Assembly (NCBI GenBank): GCA_963786105.1
Contig: CAWAXX010000023.1
Span: forward strand, 96,001 to 160,000
Source of the DNA: Vulcanimicrobiota bacterium
GTDB lineage: Bacteria > Vulcanimicrobiota > Vulcanimicrobiia > Vulcanimicrobiales > Vulcanimicrobiaceae
DNA: 64,000 nt
Direction of reading: 5' to 3'
Shown piece by piece: positions 9,246 to 20,532 of the stretch. Below the pieces are notes generated by a model. That model ran no database searches, was not told where the DNA came from, and saw only the letters and a list, made by a program, of their open reading frames with translations. Position 1 is the stretch's first letter; every line of letters starts with the position of its first letter. The position numbers and the translations under genes were made by a program.

Positions 9246-9692
9246 CTACTCGACGACGAAGCGGTAAAGTTCGAACACGGCGTCCTTGTCGAAGCCGAGT
9301 TGGGTGTAGAAGCGCGTGAGGTGCGGTTCGGAAAATGGGAGCTCGACCATGATGGCGCGCGAGCCGGAGTGTTTGGCGAAGTCGATCGCCGCCCGAACCA
9401 AACGCTTGCCGACGCCGCGTTCGCGAAAGGCGGCGTCGACGTAGAGGTCGCTGAGGAACCATTGGCGTTTGGCATACCACGAGGAAAATAGCGGGTAGAG
9501 CTGCAGGAAGCCGGTCGCTGCGGGGCCCTCGAAAGCGGCCAGAACGACCGATTCTCGCCGCTCGAGCCGCTCGTGGAGAAAGCGGCGCGAAACGTCGAGA
9601 TCGGGCGCTTTGGTGAAGAATTCGCGGTAGGCGTCGAAGAGCGGCACGATCGCGTCCAGATCGTCGAGCGACGCGCTGCGAACGGTCATCAT
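9246..9692 (-). CDS. GNAT N-acetyltransferase
   Basis: LFDAYREF...LSDLYV...RERGVGKRL motif A. Confidence 0.85.
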   Translation of the reverse strand: MMTVRSASLDDLDAIVPLFDAYREFFTKAPDLDVSRRFLHERLERRESVVLAAFEGPAATGFLQLYPLFSSWYAKRQWFLSDLYVDAAFRERGVGKRLVRAAIDFAKHSGSRAIMVELPFSEPHLTRFYTQLGFDKDAVFELYRFVVE

Positions 9693-9792
9693 GGAGATGG
9701 GGATGCGCCGCCGGTGTCGGGAAACCTCGGCTGCCATGGTACGACCTAGGTCGAGGCAGAGAATCCGCCCCGCGAGCGAAGATAGACGGGCC

Positions 9793-11220
9793 ATGACGAC
9801 AACAACAAACCCGAGCTCGCCCGGCGTGCGCGTCGAGAGCGACTCAATGGGTTCGATCGACGTACCTTCGAACAAGTATTACGGCGCGCAGTCGGCGCGC
9901 TCGCTCGTGCACTTCGACATCGGCGACGGCACTTGGCCGCGCGACGTCATGCCCAGGCAGGTCATCAAAGCGATGGCGACTCTCAAAAAAGCCGCCGCCT
10001 TGGTCAATCTAGAGCTCGGAAAGCTCGAAGCCGACAAGGCCGAGCTGATCGTCAAAGCCGCCGACGAAATCACCGCGGGGAAGCTTAACGAGCACTTCCC
10101 GCTAAGGGTATGGCAAACGGGCTCCGGCACGCAAACGAACATGAACGTGAACGAGGTCATTTCGAATCGCGCGATCGAGATGGCCGGCGGCGAGATGGGT
10201 TCGAAGAAGCCGGTTCATCCCAACGATCACGTAAATATGTCTCAGTCGTCCAACGACACGTTTCCGACGGCGATGCACGTGGCGGCCGCCGAAGCGATGG
10301 TCGGAATGTTGCCGGCGGTTCAGGCGTTGCGGAACGCACTCGACGCCAAGGCCAAAACGTGGTCGCATATCGTCAAGGTCGGACGCACGCACTTGCAGGA
10401 TGCGACGCCGTTGACGCTCGGCCAAGAGTTCTCCGGCTACGTCTCGCAGCTGGACCGCGCGATGATCGCTTGCAAGGAGGCGCTGAACCATCTCTACGAT
10501 TTGGCGATCGGCGGCACGGCGGTGGGCACCGGTCTCAACGCCCACCCGGAGTTCGGGGAGCGCACCGCAAAGAAGATTGCGGACCTCACGGGTCTGCCGT
10601 TTCGCTCGCATCCGAACAAGTTTGCAGCCTTAGCGTCGCACGACGACTTCGTGTTCGCTTCGGGTTCGTTGAAAATGCTGGCTGCGGCCCTCATGAAAAT
10701 AGCCAACGACATTCGATGGCTGGCATCGGGTCCGCGGGCCGGCATCGGCGAACTGACGCTTCCCGAAAACGAACCGGGTAGTTCGATCATGCCTGGTAAG
10801 GTGAATCCGACGCAGTCCGAAGCGATGACGATGGCGTGCGTGCAGGTCTACGGAAACGACTTAGCCATCTCGTTTGGCGCGTCCCAGGGCAACTTCGAGC
10901 TCAACGTTTTCAACCCGGTGATGATCTACAACTTCCTGCATTCCACGACGCTGCTGCGCGACGCATGCACGATGTTCCGCGAACACGCAGTCGAAGGTCT
11001 AGAAGCCAACGAAGAGCAGATCAAGACTTACCTCGATCGATCGCTGATGGTCGTCACGGCGCTGTCGCCTCACATCGGATACGATAAGGCCGCGGAGATC
11101 GCCAAGCACGCCCACCATCACAAGAGCACGCTGAAGGAAGCGGCGTTGCGCCTCGGTCACGTCACCGAAGAAGAGTACGACAAGATCGTCGTCCCCAAGG
11201 AGATGACTTCACCGAAGTAG
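9793..11220 (+). CDS. fumC: Class II fumarate hydratase
   Basis: [27 protein letters not shown] and [13 protein letters not shown] signatures. Confidence 0.97.
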   Translation: MTTTTNPSSPGVRVESDSMGSIDVPSNKYYGAQSARSLVHFDIGDGTWPRDVMPRQVIKAMATLKKAAALVNLELGKLEADKAELIVKAADEITAGKLNEHFPLRVWQTGSGTQTNMNVNEVISNRAIEMAGGEMGSKKPVHPNDHVNMSQSSNDTFPTAMHVAAAEAMVGMLPAVQALRNALDAKAKTWSHIVKVGRTHLQDATPLTLGQEFSGYVSQLDRAMIACKEALNHLYDLAIGGTAVGTGLNAHPEFGERTAKKIADLTGLPFRSHPNKFAALASHDDFVFASGSLKMLAAALMKIANDIRWLASGPRAGIGELTLPENEPGSSIMPGKVNPTQSEAMTMACVQVYGNDLAISFGASQGNFELNVFNPVMIYNFLHSTTLLRDACTMFREHAVEGLEANEEQIKTYLDRSLMVVTALSPHIGYDKAAEIAKHAHHHKSTLKEAALRLGHVTEEEYDKIVVPKEMTSPK

Positions 11221-11234
11221 CGCCTCTACCCGTC

Positions 11235-11419
11235 TCATCCTGAGCGGAGCGCCGCACGGTGTCATCCTGAGCGGAGCGCCGTGCGAAAACGCTACTCGCT
11301 GGCTCGTCGCTCTCGGCATCCGGCCTTCGCTCCTCGTCCAGACGCCCTCAGCTTGACACGTCGTTTGCGGCACTGTCCTTCGACTGCGCTCGCTATCGCT
11401 CGCTCCGCTCAGGATGACA
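11235..11419. repeat. Intergenic palindromic element, family A, copy 2 (duplicated left end, internal deletion)
   Basis: TCATCCTGAGCGGAGCGCCG at 11235 and 11262; shared core; right end CTCCGCTCAGGATGACA. Confidence 0.9.
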
Positions 11420-11423
11420 GCAT

Positions 11424-12467
11424 TTAGAGGCCGTCGATCTCGAATGCTGCGGCGATTCCGCGATACGTGCCGATACCGACGATGCCGCCGTTCGGGGTGA
11501 ATGCGTAACCGCACTCGAATCGCCAGCCTGGTGCGTTCGCCAGGTCGTCGAGGCGGTGAAGGGTGTTTCCGTCCCACAAGAACGCGTAGTGGCGCCGATT
11601 CTCGTCTTCGAACATTCCGGTGACGCGATCGCGATCGTCGACGGCGTAGCCGACGCTGACCGGACTATTCGGCGCGAAATCGATGGCCGATCCGTCGCCC
11701 CGCCAAGAGCGTGCGTGCGGCGCGGCATCGTAGGCGGCACCCGGGGGCACGTCGGCACCGGCGGCGGCACCGGCGGCATCGATCGCGAGCGCGACGCCGG
11801 CGCCCAGCGGTTCTCGCGTGCGTTCGTGCCAACGCATGGCCACAAAGCGTTCGCTGTTGGAAACGACGTTGGACGGCGCCGGAACGTTGGCGATGTACGC
11901 CGTGTAGCCCGCCGTGTAGAGCCCTGCCGTTGCAAGCGCGATACCGTTGCCCATGTTCAGGCATTGGCGGCTGCGCAAATGAAGCACGACCGGCGCGTTC
12001 TGACCGCTGATGTCGTCGAGATTAACCATCGCGGGCGATCGCATCGTCGCGATAACGGAGCCGTTGCTCAACACCCCGGCGATCGCCGGACCGATCGATG
12101 CGTGGGGGAAGTTTTCGCACGAGCTCATGTCGACCGGCTGCGCGGAGGCGCTTACGAGCCGCCGCGGCCGGTCGGAGTTGACGAGCAGCGCGCCGCTTTG
12201 GTCGAATCCGGCGATCGTTCCGGGCACGTTCACCAGTCGAAAGCGCCCGTTGCGGTCCCACAGACCGGCGCGGGTGTGAAAACCTCCGAGAGTGACCGTC
12301 GCGGCGATCCTTCCGTCGCTCGAAACGCTCATAAGCGAACGCAAGCCCAACGGTTCGATGGTCGCATGCAGCGGCAGCGGAAGCATCCGAACCGCGATCG
12401 GGTGCGAAGTCGCTGCGGTCGCGCAGCAGCCGAACGCGACCCCGAGCGCCAGCGCCTTGACGTTCAC
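11424..12467 (-). CDS. Secreted protein with HAF-like extracellular repeats
   Basis: Signal peptide; repeated G-x-V-x-G and HARSW / HYAFLWDG blocks. Confidence 0.6.
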   Translation of the reverse strand: MNVKALALGVAFGCCATAATSHPIAVRMLPLPLHATIEPLGLRSLMSVSSDGRIAATVTLGGFHTRAGLWDRNGRFRLVNVPGTIAGFDQSGALLVNSDRPRRLVSASAQPVDMSSCENFPHASIGPAIAGVLSNGSVIATMRSPAMVNLDDISGQNAPVVLHLRSRQCLNMGNGIALATAGLYTAGYTAYIANVPAPSNVVSNSERFVAMRWHERTREPLGAGVALAIDAAGAAAGADVPPGAAYDAAPHARSWRGDGSAIDFAPNSPVSVGYAVDDRDRVTGMFEDENRRHYAFLWDGNTLHRLDDLANAPGWRFECGYAFTPNGGIVGIGTYRGIAAAFEIDGL

Positions 12468-12468
12468 G

Positions 12469-13704
12469 TCAGCGCCGCTCGTTGCGGATGGCCGGCGTCA
12501 CCAGCGCCGCTAATGCGATAACCACGTACCCTAGGCAGGCAATCCACATGGCGGCAAGCGGGCCGTGCCTGTCCGCCACCCATCCAAAGACCAGGACGCC
12601 GGGCGCGATGCCCGAGAGAACGAAGAGCCGGACCGCGCCCATGACGCGGCCGATCATGTACTCCGGCGTTACTCGTAACCTAAAACCGATGATCTGGGCG
12701 ATTTCGAAGTTCGCGATCGTGTTCGAGAGCGCCCAAAAGACTGCGACGAGCCACACGTTGCGCACTAGCACGACCGGAAGGAAGGTCAAGGCATCGAGCA
12801 GGTACGCGATCGTCAGCGCTCGCCCGAAGGGCCAGCGCGTTGCCCAGCGTGACGCCAGCCACGCGCCGGCGACCGCGCCGGCGGCCGAAATGCCGAAGAA
12901 AATTCCGACGACTTGATCGCTTGCGCCAAAGCCTTTCTTCAAAAACGGAATCAGAATCGCATAGCAGCCGAAGCCGAAAACGTTGAACGCGAATCCGGCC
13001 AGAGCTTGAGCCCGCATGCCCACGTCGCCCCACAACTGGCGAAAACCGAGCGCGACGTCACCGGCCAAATGACGCGGCGACGGAACGCCCTGCACGGCGT
13101 CCGGCCCGAGCGACGGGATGCGGGCTAACGATATTTGCGACGCGAGATAGGTCAACGCGTTGACGATCAGGGCCGGCAACGGTCCGAAGAAGGTAAAGAC
13201 CGCGCCGCCGATCACGGGGGTAACGAGGCTCGAGGCATTTTCGGAAGCGATCAGCACGGCGATCGCTTCGGTCGAGCGTTCGCGTCCCAACAAATAGGGG
13301 ATGCTCGAAGACTGTCCTCCCAAAAATGCGGCCGCGCATATCGAAATCACGATCAAACCGCCGTAGATCATCGGGAGCGTCAGAACGTGCTGCCAGTACG
13401 CCACGGCAAAGAAGGTCATCACGGCAAACCGGATGGCGTCGCAGCCGATCATCAGTTTGCGGCGATCGAGCCGGTCGGCGAGCGAGCCGCCGACTAGCGA
13501 GAAGAGCGAGAACGGGACGACTTCGCAGATGAACGCCGCGCCGGTCGACAGCGCCGAGTGAGTGAGGTGGTACGCGAGCAGAGGAACGGCAAGCGTGCGC
13601 AAGCCGTCGCCGAGCAAGCTGAGCGACTGTCCGACGAAGTATTGCCGAAACGCGTTCGAAGCAAAGATGCTCGGCGCTCTCGAGCTTGCGACCGCTTCGC
13701 TCAT
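12469..13704 (-). CDS. MFS transporter
   Basis: GSLADRLDRRKLM motif A; about 12 TM helices; ATG overlaps upstream TGA. Confidence 0.9.
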   Translation of the reverse strand: MSEAVASSRAPSIFASNAFRQYFVGQSLSLLGDGLRTLAVPLLAYHLTHSALSTGAAFICEVVPFSLFSLVGGSLADRLDRRKLMIGCDAIRFAVMTFFAVAYWQHVLTLPMIYGGLIVISICAAAFLGGQSSSIPYLLGRERSTEAIAVLIASENASSLVTPVIGGAVFTFFGPLPALIVNALTYLASQISLARIPSLGPDAVQGVPSPRHLAGDVALGFRQLWGDVGMRAQALAGFAFNVFGFGCYAILIPFLKKGFGASDQVVGIFFGISAAGAVAGAWLASRWATRWPFGRALTIAYLLDALTFLPVVLVRNVWLVAVFWALSNTIANFEIAQIIGFRLRVTPEYMIGRVMGAVRLFVLSGIAPGVLVFGWVADRHGPLAAMWIACLGYVVIALAALVTPAIRNERR

Positions 13705-14471
13705 AGGTGGCGCCAGATGAGCGATCCGGCGACGGCCACCAACGCGAATGCGACGACCAGCAACAACTGCGGCGACTTCATTTTCAATGAGAATCGCGCC
13801 CCCAGCGGGCCTCCCAACAATCCGCCGGCTACCAGCGGCAGGATGTCGTTCAGGTCGATATCTCGCTGCAGCGCGTGTACGGCGAGTCCTACAGGCGACG
13901 TGAGCAGAATTCCAAACTGAGAAGTGGCGCTGACGGCGTGAATCGGCAACTCCGAGAAGTAGAGCAGCGTCGGCACGAGAATCACGCCGCCGCCGATGCC
14001 GAAAAGGCTGGAGAAGAGTCCGATAAGGAAGCCCAGAAACAGCGCGGCCCGGTAAGACATCCCCTTGATGTCGTGCACGTGCTCGTGCTGCGGACGGCCA
14101 CGAAGGCGTCTTTCGGCGTTCCACGCCATGTCGACGGCGACGGCGAGGAGCAGCACCGCGAGAATCCAATCGAAAAGGCGCGGCGTAATGTGCAGCGACA
14201 GAATCGCTCCGAGTATCCCACCGGGCAGACCGCCCGCGGCGATCAATAAACCGATCGTCAAATGTACCCGGCGTTGCATCAAATAGGCAAACGTGCCGCT
14301 GGCACCGCTCGCAACGATCAGTATCAGCGACGTGCCGGCGGCCTCGGCCGGTGCGAGTCCTGAAAACAAGCGCAGCACCGGCACGAGAATAAACCCGCCC
14401 CCAAGCCCGACCATCGATCCAAATGCGCTCGCGAACAGCGCAAGCGCAAAAAGCGCGAGGGCGGAGTTCAC
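13701..14471 (-). CDS. TauE/SafE (TSUP) family transporter
   Basis: Duplicated GLGGG / GIGGG..VP motifs; AAGTSL and SATS. Confidence 0.9.
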   Translation of the reverse strand: MNSALALFALALFASAFGSMVGLGGGFILVPVLRLFSGLAPAEAAGTSLILIVASGASGTFAYLMQRRVHLTIGLLIAAGGLPGGILGAILSLHITPRLFDWILAVLLLAVAVDMAWNAERRLRGRPQHEHVHDIKGMSYRAALFLGFLIGLFSSLFGIGGGVILVPTLLYFSELPIHAVSATSQFGILLTSPVGLAVHALQRDIDLNDILPLVAGGLLGGPLGARFSLKMKSPQLLLVVAFALVAVAGSLIWRHL

Positions 14472-14476
14472 GCCGC

Positions 14477-16381
14477 CTAGGCCGGGAGCCGTTCGGACGG
14501 TCCGCCGGCGTCCGTCTTGAGCGCTCTGACGTTGTAGATGGCGATGGGCCGGTTTTTGCCCTTCACCGTGACCGGTTCGAGCGGTTCGACCTCGACGATG
14601 GCGTGGCACTCCGCATACGTCGTCTCGCTGATGATGATTTCGCCGCCTTTAGCAACGTTGTAGAGACGGGCGGCGACGTTCACGTTATCGCCGATCACCG
14701 TGTAGTTCATCCGCGAGGTCGCGCCGAGGTTGCCCATGACCACCTCGCCGGTGTTTACCCCCATCCCGACGCTGAACTCTTTCTTGCCGGCAGACTTCCA
14801 GCGCGCGCTCAGTTCGAGAATTTTCTCTTGTTGCTTGACCGCCGACACGACCGCGTTGCGTGCGTCGTCCGGGGTTTGGTAGGGTGCCGAGAAGACCGCC
14901 ATGACGCAATCGCCGATAAATTTGTCGACGTACCCTCCGTACGCAAAGACGATCTTGCACATTTCTTCGAAATACTCGTTGAGCTGGTCGTAGATCTCCT
15001 CCGGAGACATCGTTTCGCTCATCGCCGTGAAGCCGCGGATGTCGCTGTAAAAGATCGTCGCCTTCACACGTTTGCCGTGCAGTGCGAGCGTCCCGCGGGG
15101 GTCGTCTTGTTTGAGAATATCCGCCACGATCGCCGGGCTGACGTGCATGCCGAATAGGTTGGTGACCATGCGGCGCGCAGAAGCCTCGCTGACGAGGCGG
15201 TAGGCCGCGACAAACGCCGCGCTCAAGAGCATGGCCAACCCTACGTGCACGAGATCGAGCCAATACAAGCGCGTGACGAACAGCCAGAAATTAAGGTAGG
15301 CGTACGCGAGGGCGGCCACCAGAGAAAACGCGATCGCCACGCTCGTGCGTACGAGCAGAAATCCGAGCGCCAACATCAGCGGCAGCGAGATCACCAGCGC
15401 GACGTCGAGCCACCGCGGTGCCGGAGTCAGGAAATATCCGCGCATGAGCTGATCGCTCAAGCGTGCGTTGACGAACAAACCCGGGACGCGCCCGCGCCCG
15501 GGAGTCGTCACAAAATCTCCGAGGTCTTGCGCGGTCGCGCCGATGAAGACGAGCGCCCCTCCGGCGAACGGGCGAAGATCGGCGGGTTTGCTCGCGATTG
15601 CGTCCGACAGCGAGACGACGCCGCGGCCCGCAAAAGCTTGCGTGTACACTTGGGTTCCAGTCGCCAAATCCTGGTGGGCGGCGACTTTCGGCGGCAGAAG
15701 AAGGACCCGCCCATCGTCGTCTTTTGGTATCGCGGCCGCATCAACCGGCCGTCCGTCGAACGTTGCGACCGCGGCGGCCGCTAATGCGTGAAGCCGCTCG
15801 TTGGCATGCACGCCTTGGGCGGCCGTGTCGATTTCCATTGGCTGGCCAATGAAATATCCGCCCGGCGTATCGAATGCCTCAAAGCCGATGGCTTTGGCCG
15901 CGCGCTGCAACGCCGGCACGGGGCGTTCCTCGCCGATCCGTCCGTTCGATGTCGTATTGAGCGGAAATGCGAGGACCGTCGGCGTCCGTTGCATTGCCGC
16001 AGCCAGGGCGGCATCCTGCGACCGGTCTTTACTCGGTTCCAAAAAATCGATATCGAAGGCGACGGTTCTCGCTCCGGCGGCCTTGAGTTTGTCCAGGAGC
16101 GTGCCGTACACGCTGCGCGGAAGCGGAAACCCCATTTTTCGATAGGTCGCGTCGTCGATGGAGACGATCGCCAAATTCGGATTCGCGGTATCGTCGTACG
16201 CGGGGTGTCCGAAACCCAAGTGGCCGGCTGCGTCGAGGGCGCTGAAGTGGGCCGCTAAATCGGCGATGCGGTTGGCGACCGGCAGCGTCGTCAGTGGGAG
16301 CGTGACTAGAAGCGCGCCGACGGCACTTGCGACGCCTCCCAAGAGCAGCGTGACGATCAGCGCTCTCAGCCGCGCCGGCAC
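14477..16381 (-). CDS. CHASE2-domain class III adenylate/guanylate cyclase
   Basis: IVSIDD, AFDIDF (CHASE2); 3 TM helices; YSDIRGFT, DKFIGD and YTVIGDNVNVAARL. Confidence 0.92.
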   Translation of the reverse strand: MPARLRALIVTLLLGGVASAVGALLVTLPLTTLPVANRIADLAAHFSALDAAGHLGFGHPAYDDTANPNLAIVSIDDATYRKMGFPLPRSVYGTLLDKLKAAGARTVAFDIDFLEPSKDRSQDAALAAAMQRTPTVLAFPLNTTSNGRIGEERPVPALQRAAKAIGFEAFDTPGGYFIGQPMEIDTAAQGVHANERLHALAAAAVATFDGRPVDAAAIPKDDDGRVLLLPPKVAAHQDLATGTQVYTQAFAGRGVVSLSDAIASKPADLRPFAGGALVFIGATAQDLGDFVTTPGRGRVPGLFVNARLSDQLMRGYFLTPAPRWLDVALVISLPLMLALGFLLVRTSVAIAFSLVAALAYAYLNFWLFVTRLYWLDLVHVGLAMLLSAAFVAAYRLVSEASARRMVTNLFGMHVSPAIVADILKQDDPRGTLALHGKRVKATIFYSDIRGFTAMSETMSPEEIYDQLNEYFEEMCKIVFAYGGYVDKFIGDCVMAVFSAPYQTPDDARNAVVSAVKQQEKILELSARWKSAGKKEFSVGMGVNTGEVVMGNLGATSRMNYTVIGDNVNVAARLYNVAKGGEIIISETTYAECHAIVEVEPLEPVTVKGKNRPIAIYNVRALKTDAGGPSERLPA

Positions 16382-16389
16382 GCTAGCGC

Positions 16390-16950
16390 CTAACTCGAAC
16401 GCCCGATATAGCGGCGATCGCGCGTGTCGATGCGGATGACGTTGCCGCTTTCGACGAAGAGCGGCACTTGCACGGTCGCCCCGGTCTCGAGCTTAGCCGG
16501 CTTGGTGGTATTGGTTGCGGTGTCCCCTCGAAATCCCGGGTCGGTGTCGACGATTTTCAACTCGACGTGTGCCGGCAAGTCCACGCCGATCGGAATGCCG
16601 TCGTGAAACTGAACGTCCACCACCATGCCGTCTCTGAGGAAGTCGGCCGGTTCGCCGATGAGGTCGCGCCCGATCGTGACGTTTTCAAACGTTTCCTGAT
16701 CCATGAAGTGATAACCGTCGGAGTCGTTATAGAGCATCTGCATTTGCCGGTTGTCGACGGTCGCTCGCTCGAGTTTCTCGCCGGCGCGGAACGTGCGTTC
16801 GAGAGTCGTACCGGTTCGCACGTTCTTCATGCGGGTGCGCACGAAGGCCGATCCTTTGCCCGGTTTGACGTGAAGGAACTCGATGACGGTCCACAGCTGG
16901 CCGTCCACGACGATAGTGACGCCGTTACGGAGGTCGTTCGACGAGATCAT
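16390..16950 (-). CDS. efp: Elongation factor P
   Basis: HVKPGKGSAFVR, PGFRGDT, KPAKLETG and VPLF motifs. Confidence 0.97.
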   Translation of the reverse strand: MISSNDLRNGVTIVVDGQLWTVIEFLHVKPGKGSAFVRTRMKNVRTGTTLERTFRAGEKLERATVDNRQMQMLYNDSDGYHFMDQETFENVTIGRDLIGEPADFLRDGMVVDVQFHDGIPIGVDLPAHVELKIVDTDPGFRGDTATNTTKPAKLETGATVQVPLFVESGNVIRIDTRDRRYIGRSS

Positions 16951-16999
16951 GACTTCGCGTGATACGGGCCGCGCCTGCGCAAGCCCTATCGGCTCTCCC

Positions 17000-17605
17000 T
17001 CAACGCTTAAACAAACGGATGGGGCCTTCGGTCCCGGCCCGAAGCCGGGCGATGTTTTCGTGGTGCGTATATATGACGAGAAACGCGGCAAAGACGCCGT
17101 ACAGCGCGAAGGCCGGCGATCCGGTAAATAACCACAGCGCAATCGGTGCCAGTACGCTGCCGAGCATGGATCCGACCGACGAGTACCGCGTCAGCAGCGC
17201 GCCGAGGATCCAGCCGCCGACGGCGACCAGACCGGCGGGCCAGCTCAGCCCGAAGATCGCGCCAAAGGACGTGGCGACACCCTTTCCGCCGCGCCAGCCC
17301 AACCATGGGGAGAAGCAGTGTCCCAGAACCGCGGCGGCCGCGGCGATCGCTTCGAGACTTTGCGAACCGCGGAAGTACGTCGCGGCGACAAAGACGGGAG
17401 CGAAGCCTTTGAGCGCGTCCAGCACGAGCACGGCAGCCCCGCCGCCTTTCCCCAGCGTGCGCAACGCGTTCATCGCGCCGATGTTGCCCGAGCCGGCCGC
17501 GCGAAGATCGGTGCGGTAGAAAAAACGGCCGATGAGGAAACCGAATGGCACCGAGCCGATCAGAAAAGCAACGACGATAACCGCCGCGGCGAGCGCGCCC
17601 GTCAT
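17000..17605 (-). CDS. plsY: Glycerol-3-phosphate acyltransferase PlsY
   Basis: GSGNIGAMN, DALKG, GHCF...GGKGVAT and HHENIARL motifs. Confidence 0.95.
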   Translation of the reverse strand: MTGALAAAVIVVAFLIGSVPFGFLIGRFFYRTDLRAAGSGNIGAMNALRTLGKGGGAAVLVLDALKGFAPVFVAATYFRGSQSLEAIAAAAAVLGHCFSPWLGWRGGKGVATSFGAIFGLSWPAGLVAVGGWILGALLTRYSSVGSMLGSVLAPIALWLFTGSPAFALYGVFAAFLVIYTHHENIARLRAGTEGPIRLFKR

Positions 17606-18955
17606 TCGGCGCGCTCGCGTTCCCGATGCGGGCGAAACTCGAGCGTCAGCGGTACGCCTTCGAAATCGAAATGCTGACGGATCACGTTTTCCAGGAAACG
17701 CCGGTAGTGCGGCTGGAGCAGGTCGGGATCGTTGCACGAGAAGACGAAGACCGGCGGATGCGTCGCCGGCTGCGAGACGTAGTAGACTTTGAAGAGCTTT
17801 CCGCCCATCGCCGGCGCCGGATGCGCGAGCACCGCGTCGCGAATCACGGAGTTTAGCTGCGGCGTCGGGACGCGCCGGTCGAGATTTTCGCTGACGTGAT
17901 TGACGACCGGCATCAAACTGCCTAATCGGCGATGCGTTTTGGCCGACAGAAACGTAACCGGAGCGAAACGAGCGAACGGAATGAGATCGCCGATGACGCG
18001 CGTGAGCTCGCCCTGACTGAACTCACCTTGCTCGCGGACCAGATCCCACTTGTTGCCGACGAGTATCAGCCCCTTGCGCTCCTCGATGGCCAGTCCCGCG
18101 AGGCGCCGATCCTGGGCCGTGACGCCGATCATCGCATCGAAGACCAGCAGTGCAATGTCGCACCTAGCGATCGCTTTGAGGGAGCGAAGCGCCGCGTAAT
18201 AGGCGATGGCGCCATGCGCTTCGGGCTTCTTGTGCACGCCGGCCGTGTCGATCAAGCGCAGAGTACGTCCGTGCCAAACCAAAATCGTATCGACGGCATC
18301 GCGGGTCGTGCCGGGAATTTCGGAAACGAGCGTGCGTTCCTCGCCCAGGAGCGCGTTGAGCAGCGAACTCTTTCCGACGTTCGGCCGGCCGATGATGGCG
18401 AGAGCGAGCTCGCCTTCGACTCCGGCGTCGGGAGCTTGCGGCGGGAGCAGCTCGACGATACGGTCGAGCAGATCCCCGGTGCCTTCGCCGTGCAGGGCCG
18501 AAACGGCAACCGGCCCGCCGAATCCGAGTTTCGCAAATTCTGCATGGATCGACGTCGATGCGGCCGGGGACTCGGCTTTGTTGGCGACCAGAACCATCGG
18601 GCGGCGTTTGCGCCGGAGAATGGTGCCGACGTCTTCGTCGAGAGGATGGAGACCGGTTTGCGCGTCGACGACGAAAACGACGACGTCCGCCTCCGCGGCC
18701 GCCGCTTCCGCTTGCCGGCGCGTGACGTCGGAGAATCCGGCCCCGTCCACCGTGCTTGCGTCCGGGATCGATGCCGGCCGTGTCGACGATGCTGAAAACT
18801 CGCCCGCGCCAATCGCAAAGTGCGTAGAGCCGGTCGCGGGTAACGCCAGGGGTATCCTCTACGATCGCCAGACGTTGCCCGATCAAACGGTTGAAGAGGG
18901 CGCTCTTTCCGACGTTCGGCCGGCCGACGACGGCGACGGTCGCCGGTCGCAGCAT
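17602..18955 (-). CDS. der: Ribosome biogenesis GTPase Der (EngA), interrupted by a +1 frameshift near 18762-18766
   Basis: Two GRPNVGKS G-domains plus KH domain; span is 1354 nt = 451 codons + 1; frame changes after DTAGIDP. Confidence 0.9.
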
Positions 18956-19074
18956 CTTTCCGTCGATCGCCGGATCATCTTGTATATGCACGGGGTCCCC
19001 TACTTCGGACTTCCCGCAGGCGGCACCCATCGGGCCGGAAGACGTGGGGCTCGGCTCGAATCCGAGGTTCCTTC

Positions 19075-20475
19075 ATGGCCAGCGTCTACATCGAAACCTT
19101 CGGATGCCAGATGAACGAAGCCGATTCGCAGTATATCGCGGATCGCGCGGTTTCGGCCGGATACGTCATAGCCGGGAAGCCCGAAGAAGCAAACGTCGTG
19201 CTGCTCAATACCTGCACGGTTCGCGACAACGCCGAGCGGCGAGCGTACGGGCGCATGAATCACTTCAAGCTGCTCAAAGACGCCGATCCGGGGGTGCGGT
19301 TGGTGGTAATGGGGTGTTTGGCCGAACAGGACCGCGATCGAATGCGCACGCTCGCGCCGCACGTCGACGCCGTCTTCGGTACCAAGGAGCTCGCTCAACT
19401 CGGAGACCAGCTCGCGGCTTGGCAGCCGGCTTTTTCCGAGGACGTAGATTTCGCCGACGACCGCGCGCTGACGATACAACTCGGCGGGACGGCCGACGCG
19501 GTCGCGGATGCCTTTTCACACGTGCGCGCGTTCGTCAACGTTCAGCGTGGCTGTTCGTATTATTGTACCTTTTGCATCGTGCCGCACGTTCGCGGTCGTT
19601 TCGATCACCGTCCTCTCAAGGCGATCCTTGGCGACGTCGAAGCGAAGATTGCCGCCGGCGCGCGGGAAGTGATGCTGGTCGGACAGACGGTCAACGCCTG
19701 GAACGACCCGGCGGCCGGCGCCGACTTCGGCGATCTATGCCGTGCCGTATCGCGACTGGCGGGACTGGAACGGCTCACGTTCATTTCTCCGCATCCCAAG
19801 GACTTCACGGAAAAAATCGTCGCCGACCTCGCCGGCGTAGCCGCGCTCAATCCACGTATCCATCTGCCGATCCAATCGGCCAGCGATCCGGTTCTGCGCC
19901 GAATGAACCGAAAGTATACCGCCGCGCAGTTCCGCGAGAAAGTGGATCTCGTGCGGCGTTACTTGCCGCATTGGGCGATTACGACCGACATCATCGTCGG
20001 GTTTCCGGGCGAAACGGATGAGGATTTCGAGCGCACCCTCGAGTACGTGCGGTCCGGCGTTTTCGCGAACGCCTTTACGTTCATGTACTCGATCCGGCGC
20101 GGAACGCCGGCCGCCCTGTGGGAGCAGGTACCGCACGACGTTGCGACGGCGCGCTTTGCGAGGCTCGTCGACGCGCAAAACGCGGTGACGCGAGCGTACC
20201 ACGATGCGAAAATCGGCACGGTCGTTCGCGCGCTCATTGTTGGCCCCTCGAAGAAAGACCCCAGCAAACTGGCCGCAAAAACCCTCGACAACGTGACGGT
20301 TATCGGCGCGATGCCCGACGATTACGACGAACGCCTTTACGCGCGCGAACCTTGGCTCGACGTGGCGATCGAAAAGGCGCACGTTTGGGGCTGTACCGGC
20401 AGGATCCTAAGGCGCGCCGCTGCCTACGCGGCGCGGGGCGCCGACGTGCATCCCCCGCTCGTAAGCCTTCTCTAA
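19075..20475 (+). CDS. miaB: tRNA-2-methylthio-N6-dimethylallyladenosine synthase
   Basis: TFGCQMNEADS, NTCTVR, GCSYYCTFCIVP and DIIVGFPGET motifs. Confidence 0.95.
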   Translation: MASVYIETFGCQMNEADSQYIADRAVSAGYVIAGKPEEANVVLLNTCTVRDNAERRAYGRMNHFKLLKDADPGVRLVVMGCLAEQDRDRMRTLAPHVDAVFGTKELAQLGDQLAAWQPAFSEDVDFADDRALTIQLGGTADAVADAFSHVRAFVNVQRGCSYYCTFCIVPHVRGRFDHRPLKAILGDVEAKIAAGAREVMLVGQTVNAWNDPAAGADFGDLCRAVSRLAGLERLTFISPHPKDFTEKIVADLAGVAALNPRIHLPIQSASDPVLRRMNRKYTAAQFREKVDLVRRYLPHWAITTDIIVGFPGETDEDFERTLEYVRSGVFANAFTFMYSIRRGTPAALWEQVPHDVATARFARLVDAQNAVTRAYHDAKIGTVVRALIVGPSKKDPSKLAAKTLDNVTVIGAMPDDYDERLYAREPWLDVAIEKAHVWGCTGRILRRAAAYAARGADVHPPLVSLL

Positions 20476-20532
20476 TGCTCCAGGCGAAGGCGCGACAGGA
20501 ACGCGAGCCGCTTGCTCGGGAACGATGGGACG

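Noticed and set aside
8171..9475. 712-aa ORF suggesting a large M55 fusion
   Set aside because: The extension is off-frame or antisense to the TPR, SprT and GNAT genes; M55 homology begins at 8170
18755..18770. Programmed ribosomal frameshifting in der
   Set aside because: No slippery sequence or stimulatory structure; an assembly indel is more parsimonious
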